NCBI GenBank assembly: GCA_039024555.1
Contig: JBCCQQ010000018.1
Location: forward strand, 1 to 64,000
From: Cyanobacteria bacterium P01_D01_bin.156
Lineage (GTDB): Bacteria > Cyanobacteriota > Cyanobacteriia > Phormidesmidales > Phormidesmidaceae
Length of the DNA stretch: 64,000 nt
Direction of reading: 5' to 3'
Program-made: the position numbers and the translations under genes
Shown: piece by piece, positions 10,922 to 22,132 of the stretch
Layout: every line of letters begins with the position of its first letter
Numbering within the stretch: the stretch's first letter is position 1
The notes under the pieces: generated by a model
Told to the model about the DNA's origin: nothing
Database searches by the model: none
The model's input: only the letters and a program-made list of their open reading frames with translations

Positions 10922-12796
10922 TCAAACAGCTACAACGCCCTTCTTAACTGCTTCAGGGGTGTTTGATGTCGTGGTCGTGTCAATGGGTTGCATCAGAAAA
11001 ACGATAAGAGGATAGCGTTTGGGTAACTCTCTCCGTACAAAATATCTTACTTCTTCTTCTAAGCGAGAGCGCAAACCATCCCAACGCACATTTGTCTGAT
11101 TCTCTACTGTGTCCACCACTTCACGCCAACGGTTTCGTAATCCGGATGTGACGACTTGATTAATCTTAGTGTTCCAATCCGTTTGGGTAAGCTTGGTCAC
11201 CACACCCCGTAGATGAACGGAGGGAGGAGCTAATAATTTTCCATTACGATCAATAGCCACTGAGATAGTAATAATCCCATCTTCTGCCAGTTGCTGACGC
11301 TCCTTCAAAACTGTACGCCCAACAATACCATTGCGAGATGAATCCACTAGCTCTATGCCTGAAGATACTTGGCCTGCAATACGAATACCTTGCTCGTTAT
11401 CAACAGCGACAATATCGCCATTTCGAATGACAACCATGTTTTCTTCCGGTACACCCATACTTTTCGCCGTAGCCGCATGTTTAACCAGCATGCGGTGCTC
11501 GCCATGGACAGGTAAAAAGTATTGAGGTTTTGTCAGGGCTAACATTAGCTTTTGATCTTCTTGAGCACCATGCCCAGAAACATGTAATCCCTGACGTTTG
11601 CCGTAAATTACATTTGCTCCCTGAGCCATCAACTTATCTATGGTGTTGACAACTGCAATTGTATTCCCGGGGATCGGATTAGCTGAGAAGATGATGGTAT
11701 CTCCCTCACGTACTTTGATTTGACGATGAGCACCATTAGCAATTCGAGTCAAAGCTGCCATAGGTTCTCCTTGGGAACCTGTAGTTAAAATCATTGCTCG
11801 TTCATCAGCACAGCTGTTTAAGGTATTGAGGGGCTTAAACAAGTCATCAGGACATTTGACATAACCCAAACTACGAGCATGAGCAATCACGTTCAACATG
11901 GAGCGTCCTACAACAAAAACTGAACGCTCATGCTTTTGTGCAAGTTCCAAAAGCATGTTGACGCGGTGGACTGAAGACGCAAATGTGGTGACCATCAAGC
12001 GTCCTTTAGCTTCACCAAATGCACGATCTAAATTTGGAAATACAGAACGCTCAGAAGGTGTATGGCCAGGAACTTCAGCATTGGTAGAGTCACTCACTAG
12101 ACAAAGCACTCCTGATTCCCCATAGGCAGCTAGTCTAGCCAGGTCAAAATACTCTCCATCAACGGGTGTATGGTCGATCTTAAAGTCCCCTGTATGAATA
12201 ACGACACCCGCAGGTGTACGGATAGCGACTGTAAAACTATCGGCCATGGAGTGGGTATTTCGAATATATTCCACCTCGAAGGATTGACCTAGCTTGACGG
12301 TATCTCTTGGCTGTACAGTTCTTAATTGAGTTTTTTCAGAGACTCCGGCTTCTTCCAATTTGTCGGCCAGCAAAGCCATAGCCAGCCGAGGGCCGTGAAT
12401 GATAGGGATATCAAATTGTTTAAGATGAAATGCAATACCACCAATATGATCCTCATGACCATGGGTAACAATCATGCCTTTGATTTTATGGCGATTCTCG
12501 CGCAGGTAGGTGACGTCGGGTAAAACAATATTTACACCGTGCATATCGTCAGATGGAAATGCTAGACCTGCATCTACCAAAATAATTTCGTTATTAATTT
12601 CAAATACACAGGTATTTTTGCCAATTTCATGTAAACCACCCAAAGGGATAATTTTCAGGGTGTCTTTATCAATCTTTTCTTGCTCCCTATGAACTCCTCT
12701 TACTTTAGGCGCTGCATTTCGTGATGTGTTGCGCTCACCCTGAGTAATCTTTGCTGTCGATCTTGTTCGTTGGCTAGTTCTGGATCGCTGTCGCAT
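10922..12796 (-). CDS. rnj: Ribonuclease J
   Basis: LGGLHEIGKN, THGHEDHIGG, HTGDFKID, HVSGHG and PVHGE (beta-CASP MBL). Confidence 0.97.
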   Translation of the reverse strand: MRQRSRTSQRTRSTAKITQGERNTSRNAAPKVRGVHREQEKIDKDTLKIIPLGGLHEIGKNTCVFEINNEIILVDAGLAFPSDDMHGVNIVLPDVTYLRENRHKIKGMIVTHGHEDHIGGIAFHLKQFDIPIIHGPRLAMALLADKLEEAGVSEKTQLRTVQPRDTVKLGQSFEVEYIRNTHSMADSFTVAIRTPAGVVIHTGDFKIDHTPVDGEYFDLARLAAYGESGVLCLVSDSTNAEVPGHTPSERSVFPNLDRAFGEAKGRLMVTTFASSVHRVNMLLELAQKHERSVFVVGRSMLNVIAHARSLGYVKCPDDLFKPLNTLNSCADERAMILTTGSQGEPMAALTRIANGAHRQIKVREGDTIIFSANPIPGNTIAVVNTIDKLMAQGANVIYGKRQGLHVSGHGAQEDQKLMLALTKPQYFLPVHGEHRMLVKHAATAKSMGVPEENMVVIRNGDIVAVDNEQGIRIAGQVSSGIELVDSSRNGIVGRTVLKERQQLAEDGIITISVAIDRNGKLLAPPSVHLRGVVTKLTQTDWNTKINQVVTSGLRNRWREVVDTVENQTNVRWDGLRSRLEEEVRYFVRRELPKRYPLIVFLMQPIDTTTTSNTPEAVKKGVVAV

Positions 12797-12923
12797 AGGT
12801 GCCTCAATAAAATCAAAAAATGTGTAAGCTAAACCGAATTCTCAAAAAATGCTTTAAATCAAGGTATTCATTTTCCTGTCGATACCACTGTATGAATTGA
12901 AATGTGTAGCGGGTTATTCGAGC

Positions 12924-13823
12924 CTAGACAAATACTGTTTGTAGTAAGCCCAGTTCATCCATTAGTGTCTTAAGCTGCTCAACTAATTCGGCAGGAGGTT
13001 CGCTTAGGGGTAAGCGGCAATTACCTACAGACCATCCCTGTAGTTGTAACGCAGCCTTAACCATAATAGGGTTAGTAGTCTTGAACAGAGCTTTGCACAA
13101 AGGTAGCAGCTTAATATGTGTGTCTCTGGCTGAAGTGACTTGTCCGGTCTCATAAGCCTGGATCATCTTTTGCAGTGAATTTCCTACCAGGTGACTAGCA
13201 ACGCTAACGACCCCAACAGCACCTACTGCAAGCATGGGTAGCGTTAAAGAGTCATCTCCTGAATAAATATTGAAATTAGCTGGTGTCAAGCGACGAACTT
13301 CACTCACTTGGTCAAGATCACCACTTGCCTCTTTGATGGCAACAATGTTTGAAAACTCTGCCAAGGCTGCAACGGTAGATGGCTCTAGGTTACAACCAGT
13401 GCGGCCTGGTACGTTGTACAACATAATAGGTATATCAGGCACAGCATTTGCGATCTCACTAAAATGCGCTTGCAAACCAGCTTGTGGCGGTTTGTTGTAA
13501 TAAGGCACCACCTGGAGTGTCCCATCCAAGCCTAACTCAGCAGCCTTTCGAGTAGCCGTAATGGCTTCTTCGGTACTATTGGATCCTGTACCTGCAACTA
13601 CTTTGCCATGTCCTGCTACAGCTGCTTTGATGATCTGAAATAGTTCGTACTCTTCAGCCCAACTCAATGTAGGTGATTCACCGGTAGTGCCACACACCAC
13701 AATGGTATCTGTACCGTTACTGACCAAATAAGATGCCAAACGCTGTGCAGACTCATAATCAACGGCTCCTGATGGATTGAAAGGAGTAATCATTGCCGTG
13801 AGAACTCGTCCAAAATATGTCAC
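12924..13823 (-). CDS. dapA: 4-hydroxy-tetrahydrodipicolinate synthase
   Basis: [22 protein letters not shown] and IKEASGD; GTG start. Confidence 0.97.
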   Translation of the reverse strand: MTYFGRVLTAMITPFNPSGAVDYESAQRLASYLVSNGTDTIVVCGTTGESPTLSWAEEYELFQIIKAAVAGHGKVVAGTGSNSTEEAITATRKAAELGLDGTLQVVPYYNKPPQAGLQAHFSEIANAVPDIPIMLYNVPGRTGCNLEPSTVAALAEFSNIVAIKEASGDLDQVSEVRRLTPANFNIYSGDDSLTLPMLAVGAVGVVSVASHLVGNSLQKMIQAYETGQVTSARDTHIKLLPLCKALFKTTNPIMVKAALQLQGWSVGNCRLPLSEPPAELVEQLKTLMDELGLLQTVFV

Positions 13824-14019
13824 GTCTATCTATCCTCACTACGCCACAAATATATTGAAAAACCTTTGATTAGGGTTATTAGTTCAAAGGTTTACCATTA
13901 AACAAGTTAGAAGGAGCTTTTACAGGGCTTTTGAAAAAAGTTTGAGTCATGCAAGCTGGCAAAGATCAAACACCCAAAAATCAAATAGCCCTGTCAGAGT
14001 TTGAGCCTAACACTGATGT

Positions 14020-15054
14020 TCAAACTAGAGATTTTTGCTTCAAAGCCTGCTTCCTAACCAGAAGTTCTGCAATTTGAATAGCATTGAGGGCAGCTCCCTT
14101 GCGAATCTGATCACCACTCAGCCAAAGTTCTAAACCATTATCATGAGATATGTCAGCGCGGATGCGCCCTACGAGCACAGCATCTTGTCCACTTGCTTCT
14201 ATGGGCATAGGAAAGTAGTTTGCTTGCCAATCTTCGACTACTGTCACTCCAGGGGCAGCCTTCAAAAGTTCCAAAGCTTTTGCTACCATCAATGGCTCAG
14301 TAAACTCAATATTGATTGCTTCTGAGTGCGCGCGCAAAACAGGAACTCTGACACAGGTGGCACTAATACGTAAATCGGCAACCCCAAAAATCTTACGGGT
14401 TTCATTCACCATTTTCATCTCTTCCTGACAATAGCCTTGATCATTCAGAGGGGAGTTATGAGGAAATAGATTGAATGCCAGGGGGTATGGAAACACATCA
14501 GTTACCGGCTGTTCTCCACCCAAAATAGACTGCGCTTGAAGCTTAACTTCCTCCATCGCACGAGCGCCAGCGCCGCTGGCAGACTGATAAGTAGATACAA
14601 CAACCCTCTTGATAGATTGATAGCTGTGCAATGGCCAGAGCACTAAGCTCATTAAAATAGTTGTGCAATTTGGATTAGCAATAATCCCCTTATGGTTTAG
14701 GACTGCTTCGGGGTTAACCTCAGGAACTACTAAAGGAACATCCGGAGCCATTCGAAAAGCATTAGAGTTATCCACAACTACTGCCCCGACATCAGCTGCC
14801 TTGGGTGCCCACTCTTTAGATACCGCTCCGCCAGCTGATGCCAAAACAAGATCAATGTCAGCAAGGTTAATCTTGCTGACATCCTGTACCACAATCGGCT
14901 GTCCCTTAAAGGCCAGCTTCTTTCCAGCAGAACGGGGCGATGCTAGAAGCACTAAGTCCTTGACTGGGAAATCGCGTTCTTCTAAAAGTGTAAGCAGTTC
15001 AGTGCCTACAGCTCCTGTGGCTCCCATGATAGCTACACGATATGTCTCAGGCAA
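14020..15054 (-). CDS. asd: Aspartate-semialdehyde dehydrogenase
   Basis: GATGAVG, IANPNCTT, YQSASGAG and DQIRKGAALNA; TTG start. Confidence 0.97.
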   Translation of the reverse strand: MPETYRVAIMGATGAVGTELLTLLEERDFPVKDLVLLASPRSAGKKLAFKGQPIVVQDVSKINLADIDLVLASAGGAVSKEWAPKAADVGAVVVDNSNAFRMAPDVPLVVPEVNPEAVLNHKGIIANPNCTTILMSLVLWPLHSYQSIKRVVVSTYQSASGAGARAMEEVKLQAQSILGGEQPVTDVFPYPLAFNLFPHNSPLNDQGYCQEEMKMVNETRKIFGVADLRISATCVRVPVLRAHSEAINIEFTEPLMVAKALELLKAAPGVTVVEDWQANYFPMPIEASGQDAVLVGRIRADISHDNGLELWLSGDQIRKGAALNAIQIAELLVRKQALKQKSLV

Positions 15055-15765
15055 AAGGTATGGCCTCCTCTATTTCAGACTTCTCTGCAAAAAACACTTG
15101 AATAAAAATTAATTGAAGCTGATAGGCTTAACATTCATTGGCTCAAACAACGCTTGACCTGAGAAAATACATACTTTGAGCTGAGAATAAATACAAAAGC
15201 TTTCAATTAGCCTTTGTTGCTTTAATGCATTCTTTAATATTGTTAACAAATTTACAACGTGGACTTCTAAACAATTTCCAAAACTCCAAGGCAAAAGACA
15301 GCAATTTATGGAGGACTTAAGCTGAAGTTCAAATCATCATAAGATTACTACTTTAACAGACACTAGTCGGACAAATGACTAAGCCGAACACAAATCGCAA
15401 GGCAGATGCTCTACCTATGGAATAGCTCTTTGAGCTTTACTGATTTATTTCTGTGAGTATTAGCCATTCGCCTCTTACCCTACCTGTCTGCTTTATGTGC
15501 CACTACCTTTAGAGTCTATCTTCGACATTACAACTATCAGACTTTATTGCCCTGGCCAATGTTCCAACCTCTCTATACCCTGAGTACAAGAGGGCAACTG
15601 ATTTGAGTAATCCTCTTAAAATTACAGGGCATATGCTTCGGATATAAATAATCGGCTATTATAGCTAACTGCGCTTGTAAAGTCTGATGCCTCTAACAAG
15701 CCAAAAACCTACTCACTGTAGTAGTACCTTTGCGCGGCTCATTAATTAGAACATAAAGATTCCCA

Positions 15766-17130
15766 ATGAAAGTTACCCAGGAAAAACTGCCCGAAAGCCA
15801 GGTTGGGTTAGAAATTGAAGTCCCGGCAGAAATCTCTAAGCAGACCTACGAGCAGACGCTGCGTAAGTACATGAAAACGGCTAATATTCCTGGCTTTCGC
15901 AAGGGTAAGGTGCCTCGGCAAATTTTAGTACAGCAGTTGGGAGCAACTAGACTCAAAGCAGCAGCCCTAGAGGAGCTAGTGCAAACTGTTATCGACAAAG
16001 CGATTGCTCAAGAGAAAATTGAGGCGTTGGGTAATTACCAACTACGTTCGGGGTTCGAACAGCTTATTGAAGTGTTTGAGCCGGGTAAGATCTTAACCAT
16101 TTCGGCATCAGTAGATGTTCCTCCTCAAGCAGAGCTGGCACAGTATCGGGCACTATCTATTCAAGCTGAAGAAATAGCGTATAAATCTGAACGTGTTATT
16201 GAAACCTTAGAAAGCTATCAGCAGAATTTGGCTAGCTTAGCTCCTATAGAAGATCGAGCAGCCCAAGAAGGCGATGTTGCCATTGTTGATTTTGTTGGCA
16301 AAACTATCGAAGACGGTCAAGAACCAAAAGAATTTGAAGGTGGCAGCGCTAAAGAGTTTCAAGTTGAAATTAAGGAAGGGCGATTTATTCCAGGTTTTGT
16401 AGAAGGCATTGTTGGTATGGAGCTTGGCCAAACCAAGGATGTTGAAGTTTCTTTCCCAGATGAGTATCCGCAGGATGATCTGGCTGGAAAGCCAGCTGTT
16501 TTCAGCATTACTCTCAATGATCTAAAAGAACGGGAACTACCTGACTTAGATGATGATTTAGCCCAAGAAGTCAGCGAATTCGAAACGCTGGAAGAGCTCA
16601 AAGCATCCTTGGAAGATCGCTTTCAGAAAGAAGCGCAAGAAGCGACTAAATCTAATACTGAGAAAGCTCTCTTAGATGAGCTTGTTAGTCATTTGCAAGT
16701 TGAAATTCCTAAAACTTTGCTCCACAGAGAAGTGGATCATATTGTGACCCAAACTGTGATGCAGCTATCTAATCAGGGCATCGATGTTAATAAGTTTTTG
16801 ACTAAGGAATTAGTTGAAAATATGCGTGAAAATGCCAAGCCTGAAGCTACTGAACGTTTACGTCGCACGCTAGCCCTGGGGGAAGTGGCGAAACAAGAAT
16901 CCATTAGCGTTGACGAAGAGGCTGTGACAGCAAGAATTAAAGAAATGATGTCAGAAGTTGATAATCCTGCTGACATTGATCAAGACCGTTTGAAGCAAGT
17001 GGTTAATGAAGATTTACTTAAAGAAAAAATCTTGGCTTGGCTTACTGATCATGCGACTGTCGAGCTTGTTCCTGAGGGAAGTTTAACTCAGGAATCTGAT
17101 GACACCTCGGAGGTTAGTGAGGAAGAGTAA
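15766..17130 (+). CDS. tig: Trigger factor
   Basis: IPGFRKGKVP ribosome-binding motif and FKBP domain (FIPGFVEGIVG). Confidence 0.98.
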   Translation: MKVTQEKLPESQVGLEIEVPAEISKQTYEQTLRKYMKTANIPGFRKGKVPRQILVQQLGATRLKAAALEELVQTVIDKAIAQEKIEALGNYQLRSGFEQLIEVFEPGKILTISASVDVPPQAELAQYRALSIQAEEIAYKSERVIETLESYQQNLASLAPIEDRAAQEGDVAIVDFVGKTIEDGQEPKEFEGGSAKEFQVEIKEGRFIPGFVEGIVGMELGQTKDVEVSFPDEYPQDDLAGKPAVFSITLNDLKERELPDLDDDLAQEVSEFETLEELKASLEDRFQKEAQEATKSNTEKALLDELVSHLQVEIPKTLLHREVDHIVTQTVMQLSNQGIDVNKFLTKELVENMRENAKPEATERLRRTLALGEVAKQESISVDEEAVTARIKEMMSEVDNPADIDQDRLKQVVNEDLLKEKILAWLTDHATVELVPEGSLTQESDDTSEVSEEE

Positions 17131-17140
17131 ATCAGTGATG

Positions 17141-17208
17141 GTCATCATAGAATTTGCTGCTTTAATTAGTGCTTCAGCATGGTTTTGAAAAGTAATTTCT
17201 ATGATGAC
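17141..17208 (+). terminator. Long stem-loop after tig
   Basis: GTCATCATAGAA (17141-17152) / TTCTATGATGAC (17197-17208). Confidence 0.45.
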
Positions 17209-17429
17209 GAATGTTTCCCTTAGGGATAAAGGCGTGTTTTTAGAACTATTGACCGGTCATAGCAGCTGCTATGTTGCTTTGAATGCACACGATAAATGTG
17301 GATTAAAAAACCTTATTTATTGGTTACTGTTGAAGTCCGGTGGTTTTCGCTAGAGTATGTGGGCTGCCTTTGTAATCTGCTCGATAGAGGTATGGGGCAT
17401 AATAGTTTATAAATAAGCTTTAGTTGATT

Positions 17430-18131
17430 ATGGATTCATCAGTGTTTCATTCCTGCCACAGTACATCAGAACCGAAGCTGGCTAGCCGTCGGTTTCAGGT
17501 GGTTGGCGGTAGCGAAGGAGCAGTCAGTATGTTGCCTGTAGTTCTTGAGCAGTCTGGTCGTGGAGAACGAGCGTTTGATATCTACTCTCGGTTGCTCAGA
17601 GAACGCATCGTTTTCCTAGGTGCTGGTGTTGATGATACTTTAGCCGACTCAATTGTTGCCCAACTTCTTTACTTGGATGCTGAAGATCCAGAGAAAGACG
17701 TTCAGATTTATATTAATTCGCCAGGGGGCTCCATTACGGCAGGAATGGCGATTTACGATACGATGCAACAAATTCGTCCAGATGTTGTCACGATTTGCTT
17801 CGGGTTGGCTGCTAGTATGGGTGCCTTTCTTTTGTCTGGAGGTGCCAAGGGAAAGCGGATGGCACTACCAAGTTCGCGTATTATGATTCATCAGCCTTTG
17901 GGTGGAGCTCAGGGACAGGCTGTGGATATTGAGATCCAGGCTCGGGAAATTCTCTATCTTAAGCAGCGGCTCAATGAGTTACTGGCTGGTCATACTGGGC
18001 AGCCTTTAGAAAGAATTGCAGAAGATACAGAACGAGATTTTTTCATGTCAGCGGCTGAAGCAGCTGATTATGGGCTAATTGATACGGTCATTTCTCGTGA
18101 TATCGCTGCTGATTTAACGTCAACGCACTAG
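17430..18131 (+). CDS. clpP: ATP-dependent Clp protease proteolytic subunit with N-terminal extension
   Basis: [28 protein letters not shown] (Ser), IMIHQP (His) and ERDFFM (Asp); start uncertain. Confidence 0.96.
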   Translation: MDSSVFHSCHSTSEPKLASRRFQVVGGSEGAVSMLPVVLEQSGRGERAFDIYSRLLRERIVFLGAGVDDTLADSIVAQLLYLDAEDPEKDVQIYINSPGGSITAGMAIYDTMQQIRPDVVTICFGLAASMGAFLLSGGAKGKRMALPSSRIMIHQPLGGAQGQAVDIEIQAREILYLKQRLNELLAGHTGQPLERIAEDTERDFFMSAAEAADYGLIDTVISRDIAADLTSTH

Positions 18132-18143
18132 GTTAGGGCCAAC

Positions 18144-19490
18144 ATGTCTAAATATGACTCCCATCTTAAATGTTCCTTTTGCGGCAAGTCACAGGAGCAG
18201 GTGCGCAAGCTAATCGCTGGTCCAGGTGTTTATATTTGTGACGAATGTGTAGACCTCTGTAACGAAATTTTAGATGAGGAGCTGTTTGATTCAAGTTCTG
18301 CTGTTGCTCCTCCCACGCCTCGACGCGAGCAATCTTCTGAACGTAATCGTAAAGCTCCATCCCATATATCGCTGAATCAAATACCCAAGCCGCGTGATAT
18401 TAAGGCATATCTTGATGAGCATGTCATCGGTCAAGATGAAGCGAAGAAGGTTCTTTCTGTTGCTGTTTATAATCACTACAAACGCCTGAGTTATGTTCAA
18501 TCAGGTGGCGATCCAGGTGAAGATAGTGTGGAGCTTCAAAAGTCCAATATATTGCTGATTGGTCCTACAGGTTCTGGGAAAACGCTGCTTGCTCAGACCT
18601 TGGCAAAAATTTTGGATGTACCTTTTGCCGTTGCTGATGCGACTACATTGACTGAGGCTGGGTATGTTGGTGAGGATGTAGAAAATATTCTGCTGCGTCT
18701 TCTTCAGGTAGCTGACCTAGACGTTGAAGAAGCTCAGCGAGGCATTATCTATATAGACGAGATTGACAAAATTGCCCGTAAGAGTGAGAACCCTTCAATA
18801 ACCCGAGATGTCTCTGGTGAAGGTGTTCAGCAAGCACTTTTGAAGATGCTGGAAGGTACGGTTGCGAATGTTCCACCTCAAGGTGGCCGTAAACATCCTT
18901 ATCAGGATTGCATACAGATAGACACCAGTAACATCTTGTTTATTTGTGGTGGTGCTTTTGTTGGTCTTGAAAAAATTATTGAGCAGCGCATTGGTAAGAA
19001 ATCCATGGGCTTTGTTCAAGGTTCGGGAGAGGCATCCAACCAGTTTAATCGAGATAAACGAGCAGCTGATATTTTGAAGAATTTAGAGGCCGATGATATT
19101 GTCAAGTTTGGCATGATACCTGAGTTCATTGGTCGTATTCCCGCTATTTCTGTATTAAATCCCCTTGATGAAGAAGCCTTGATGGCGATTTTGACAGAGC
19201 CTAAGAATGCGCTAGTCAAGCAATTTCAGAAATTGATGTTGATGGATAATGTTAGCCTCGAGTTTAGGCCTGATGCTATTCGTGCTATCGCTCAAGAAGG
19301 GTATCGTCGAAAAACAGGTGCTCGCGCGTTGCGAAGCATTATTGAGGAAATAATGCTAGATGTTATGTATGAGCTTCCATCTAGAAAAGATATGAAGCGC
19401 TTTCAGATTACCCGAGAAATGGTTGAGAAACGTTCTACTGCAGAGCTGTTGCTGCACCCTTCTTCGTTGCCAAAGCCTGAATCAGCTTAA
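18144..19490 (+). CDS. clpX: ATP-dependent Clp protease ATP-binding subunit ClpX
   Basis: CSFC...CDEC Zn finger, [15 protein letters not shown] and RKTGARALR. Confidence 0.98.
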   Translation: MSKYDSHLKCSFCGKSQEQVRKLIAGPGVYICDECVDLCNEILDEELFDSSSAVAPPTPRREQSSERNRKAPSHISLNQIPKPRDIKAYLDEHVIGQDEAKKVLSVAVYNHYKRLSYVQSGGDPGEDSVELQKSNILLIGPTGSGKTLLAQTLAKILDVPFAVADATTLTEAGYVGEDVENILLRLLQVADLDVEEAQRGIIYIDEIDKIARKSENPSITRDVSGEGVQQALLKMLEGTVANVPPQGGRKHPYQDCIQIDTSNILFICGGAFVGLEKIIEQRIGKKSMGFVQGSGEASNQFNRDKRAADILKNLEADDIVKFGMIPEFIGRIPAISVLNPLDEEALMAILTEPKNALVKQFQKLMLMDNVSLEFRPDAIRAIAQEGYRRKTGARALRSIIEEIMLDVMYELPSRKDMKRFQITREMVEKRSTAELLLHPSSLPKPESA

Positions 19491-19568
19491 GTAAAGCATA
19501 TGATCCCTCATTTTTTGCCACTTTTAGTGGCATTGTAGATTGGTCTTTATCGGCACGGGATTAGCTGT

Positions 19569-20408
19569 ATGCCATATGTCACTCTTAACAGAGTCCAACA
19601 CTACTATGAGTGGATTTGTGACGAAGAAAGTGCTAGAGAAGAAGAGCGTCCGGTGCTGGTTTTTTTGCATGGTTGGGGTGGGTCTGCTCGCTACTGGGAG
19701 CAGACTGCTAATTCCTTTAAGCACCGGTTTGATTGCTTATTATATGATTTGCGTGGGTTTGGTCGTTCTGCAGCTGCAGATAACGTGACGGACAAAAGAG
19801 GTACATTAGAGAGCTTTGCGGACGATCTTGCTGAGCTCTTAGATGCCTTAAATTTAGGTTGTGTTTATCTCAACGCCCATTCTATGGGAGCTTCGGTTGC
19901 CCTCTATTTTCTAGAGCGTTTTCCTAAACGAGTTCACAAAGCTGTTCTGACATGTAACGGTACTTTTGAATACGATAAACGAGCTTTTGAGGCGTTTCAA
20001 CGTTTTGGGAGTTATGTTGTGTTGTTTCGCCCTGGATGGCTCGAGTATATTCCTTTGGCCCCGCAGATTTTTATGGCACGATTTCTCAAAAGGTCGATTC
20101 CTTATTCTGATAAGAAAGTGTTTCTAAAGGACTTTTTGCAAGCTGATACAGCTACGGCGATAGCTACATTAAAGGCTTCCGTAAGTAAACATGCAACACA
20201 AGCGATGCCTAAAGCATTCGCTGCTCTTGAGGTTCCAGCTCTATTGGTTGCCGGACAATATGACCAAATTACTCCTGCTGAACTAGGGCGTAAAGCGGCG
20301 AGTCTAAATAATAAGATTGAATATTTTGAAGTCCCAGGAACGGGGCATTTTCCTATGTTAGAAGATGCTAAAACCTATGAAACGGCGGTAGTTAATTTTC
20401 TTTGTTGA
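19569..20408 (+). CDS. Alpha/beta-fold hydrolase
   Basis: LHGWGG, YDLRGFGRS, AHSMG nucleophile elbow and GHFPMLE. Confidence 0.9.
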   Translation: MPYVTLNRVQHYYEWICDEESAREEERPVLVFLHGWGGSARYWEQTANSFKHRFDCLLYDLRGFGRSAAADNVTDKRGTLESFADDLAELLDALNLGCVYLNAHSMGASVALYFLERFPKRVHKAVLTCNGTFEYDKRAFEAFQRFGSYVVLFRPGWLEYIPLAPQIFMARFLKRSIPYSDKKVFLKDFLQADTATAIATLKASVSKHATQAMPKAFAALEVPALLVAGQYDQITPAELGRKAASLNNKIEYFEVPGTGHFPMLEDAKTYETAVVNFLC

Positions 20409-21025
20409 CTGTGGTGTCAATCCACCTGGGTTCTCATGGTAAGCAGATGGCAAAAATTAAGATCTTGAAGAAAAGAGGGCCACCTAAAAAGATTAACGAT
20501 TGAGAGCTGCGTCTACATATGGCCCTATCTAACAGATGTATGCTCCAAGGAGCTGATTCTTGGCATTTTTCAGAGAATGCTTCTTTCTTCTATCAAAAAA
20601 ACTGTATATATTCGCTTTAATCGGGAACTATATTATCAGTAGCTGTGTAGGCTAATATCTCAGTTGATTTCTTGCATCGGGAGTTCTCAATCTTAAAAAG
20701 ATTGGGTTTTAGTGATTTGAATTAATCTAATTGACTATCTATGTAATTTTAATTCCGATGCTAAAAAAGTTACAGCGATTATTTTTATTACTATAAATAA
20801 TGATCAGTAAATGTTCTGAACCAGTTCTGCTGAGGCCTCTTCATATAAGTGTTTGAAGAACTTACCTAATATTTTTGTTTAAAGTAGCTAGGGTGAATAT
20901 ACGGACTATCTTGGGAAATTTATAGACTGAGTCCCGTAATCCAACGATGGTGAGCGTGGTGCAACATCCCGACAATGGATTTAAATCACGATTTAACTCC
21001 CCTGTTACAGGATATTTAGCACGCT

Positions 21026-21811
21026 ATGGTTACTCAAACCTCATCACTTCGATCTCGCGGGATGGAGATGCTGATGGCCTATAAGCAAAAGCCATCAATT
21101 AAGTTGCGTAATGATTTAGTTCGTTTAAATGCAGGTTTAGTTCGCAAAATTGCACATCGAGTGAGCCACCAGTGTGCTGAACCATATGAGGATCTTGAAC
21201 AGATTGGTTATCTTGGTTTAATTCGCGCTATCGAACGATTTGACCCAAGCCAAGGATGTGCTTTCAGTTCCTTCGCTGTGCCCTACATTCGGGGTGAGAT
21301 GCTTCATTTTTTGAGAGACCGTGGCTCTACGGTCAAAATTCCTCGTCGTTGGCAGGATTTACAAAAAGCTAGTCAAAAACTTCAAGCAAGCTTGCTTCGC
21401 CAATATGGTCGTCAACCCTCTGATCACGAAATGGCTGAAGCGCTTTCCATTTCTGTTAAAGAGTGGCGGCAGGTTAAAATGGCTAATAAGAACCGTATGC
21501 CTTTGAGCTTAGACGCTACGGTTTGCCATCAAACAGATTCAACGATTACTTTAGGCGATACACTGCCAGATATGCACTATCAGCTACTGCAGTCTCTAGA
21601 AGAAGACCGGCAACAGCTCCAGAGAGCTTTGAGTCAGTTAGAAGATAAGACTCGTTCAGCTATTGAATTTGTGTTTTTTAAGGGACTATCGCGCAAAGAA
21701 GTTGCTGAGCGGATTGGAGTTAGTCCAATGACCGTTACTCGACGAATCCAGCGGGGTGTTGATCAGATGATTACTTATCTACAACCTCAAGCTCTTCAAA
21801 CTGATCCTTAG
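21026..21811 (+). CDS. sigF: Group 3 RNA polymerase sigma factor SigF
   Basis: DLEQIGYLGLIRAIERFDP, FAVPYIRGEMLHFLRD and C-terminal HTH (GVSPMTVTRR). Confidence 0.9.
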   Translation: MVTQTSSLRSRGMEMLMAYKQKPSIKLRNDLVRLNAGLVRKIAHRVSHQCAEPYEDLEQIGYLGLIRAIERFDPSQGCAFSSFAVPYIRGEMLHFLRDRGSTVKIPRRWQDLQKASQKLQASLLRQYGRQPSDHEMAEALSISVKEWRQVKMANKNRMPLSLDATVCHQTDSTITLGDTLPDMHYQLLQSLEEDRQQLQRALSQLEDKTRSAIEFVFFKGLSRKEVAERIGVSPMTVTRRIQRGVDQMITYLQPQALQTDP

Positions 21812-21921
21812 CGAGAGCATTGTGCTGGTGATTGTTCAACACACGATTTGTGTACTTCTTAAGCCTTGAGCAGGGTTAAGAATGAGTTCCTGAGATTAGA
21901 GGGCCTGTCAATAATTTTTAG

Positions 21922-21956
21922 CAGCGACGCAAGCATTGTCTTTGGGTCGCTGTTTC
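21922..21956 (+). terminator. Probable terminator after sigF
   Basis: CAGCGAC...GTCGCTG stem followed by TTTC. Confidence 0.4.
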
Positions 21957-22132
21957 ATAATTATCTATGTATGTCTTTACTGTAGTAAGTCTCTACAGGT
22001 GAATCCTTGACGTTAAGAATGTTCGTAATTAAATCCGTGTTCATTATGTTTGCAGCGCTATAGTTACTTACCATAAGTAGTGGTTTTAATTTGGTTAAAT
22101 AGAGTTGCATCTGTATTGATAGAGGAGTGGTT

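Noticed and set aside
15055..15765. Possible lysine riboswitch or sRNA upstream of asd-dapA
   Set aside because: No L-box consensus visible; the region is explained by divergent asd and tig promoters.
21812..22132. Precursor peptide for the PGM1-like ligase (for example MYVFTVVSLYR near 21967)
   Set aside because: Only tiny ORFs without an RBS; indistinguishable from chance.
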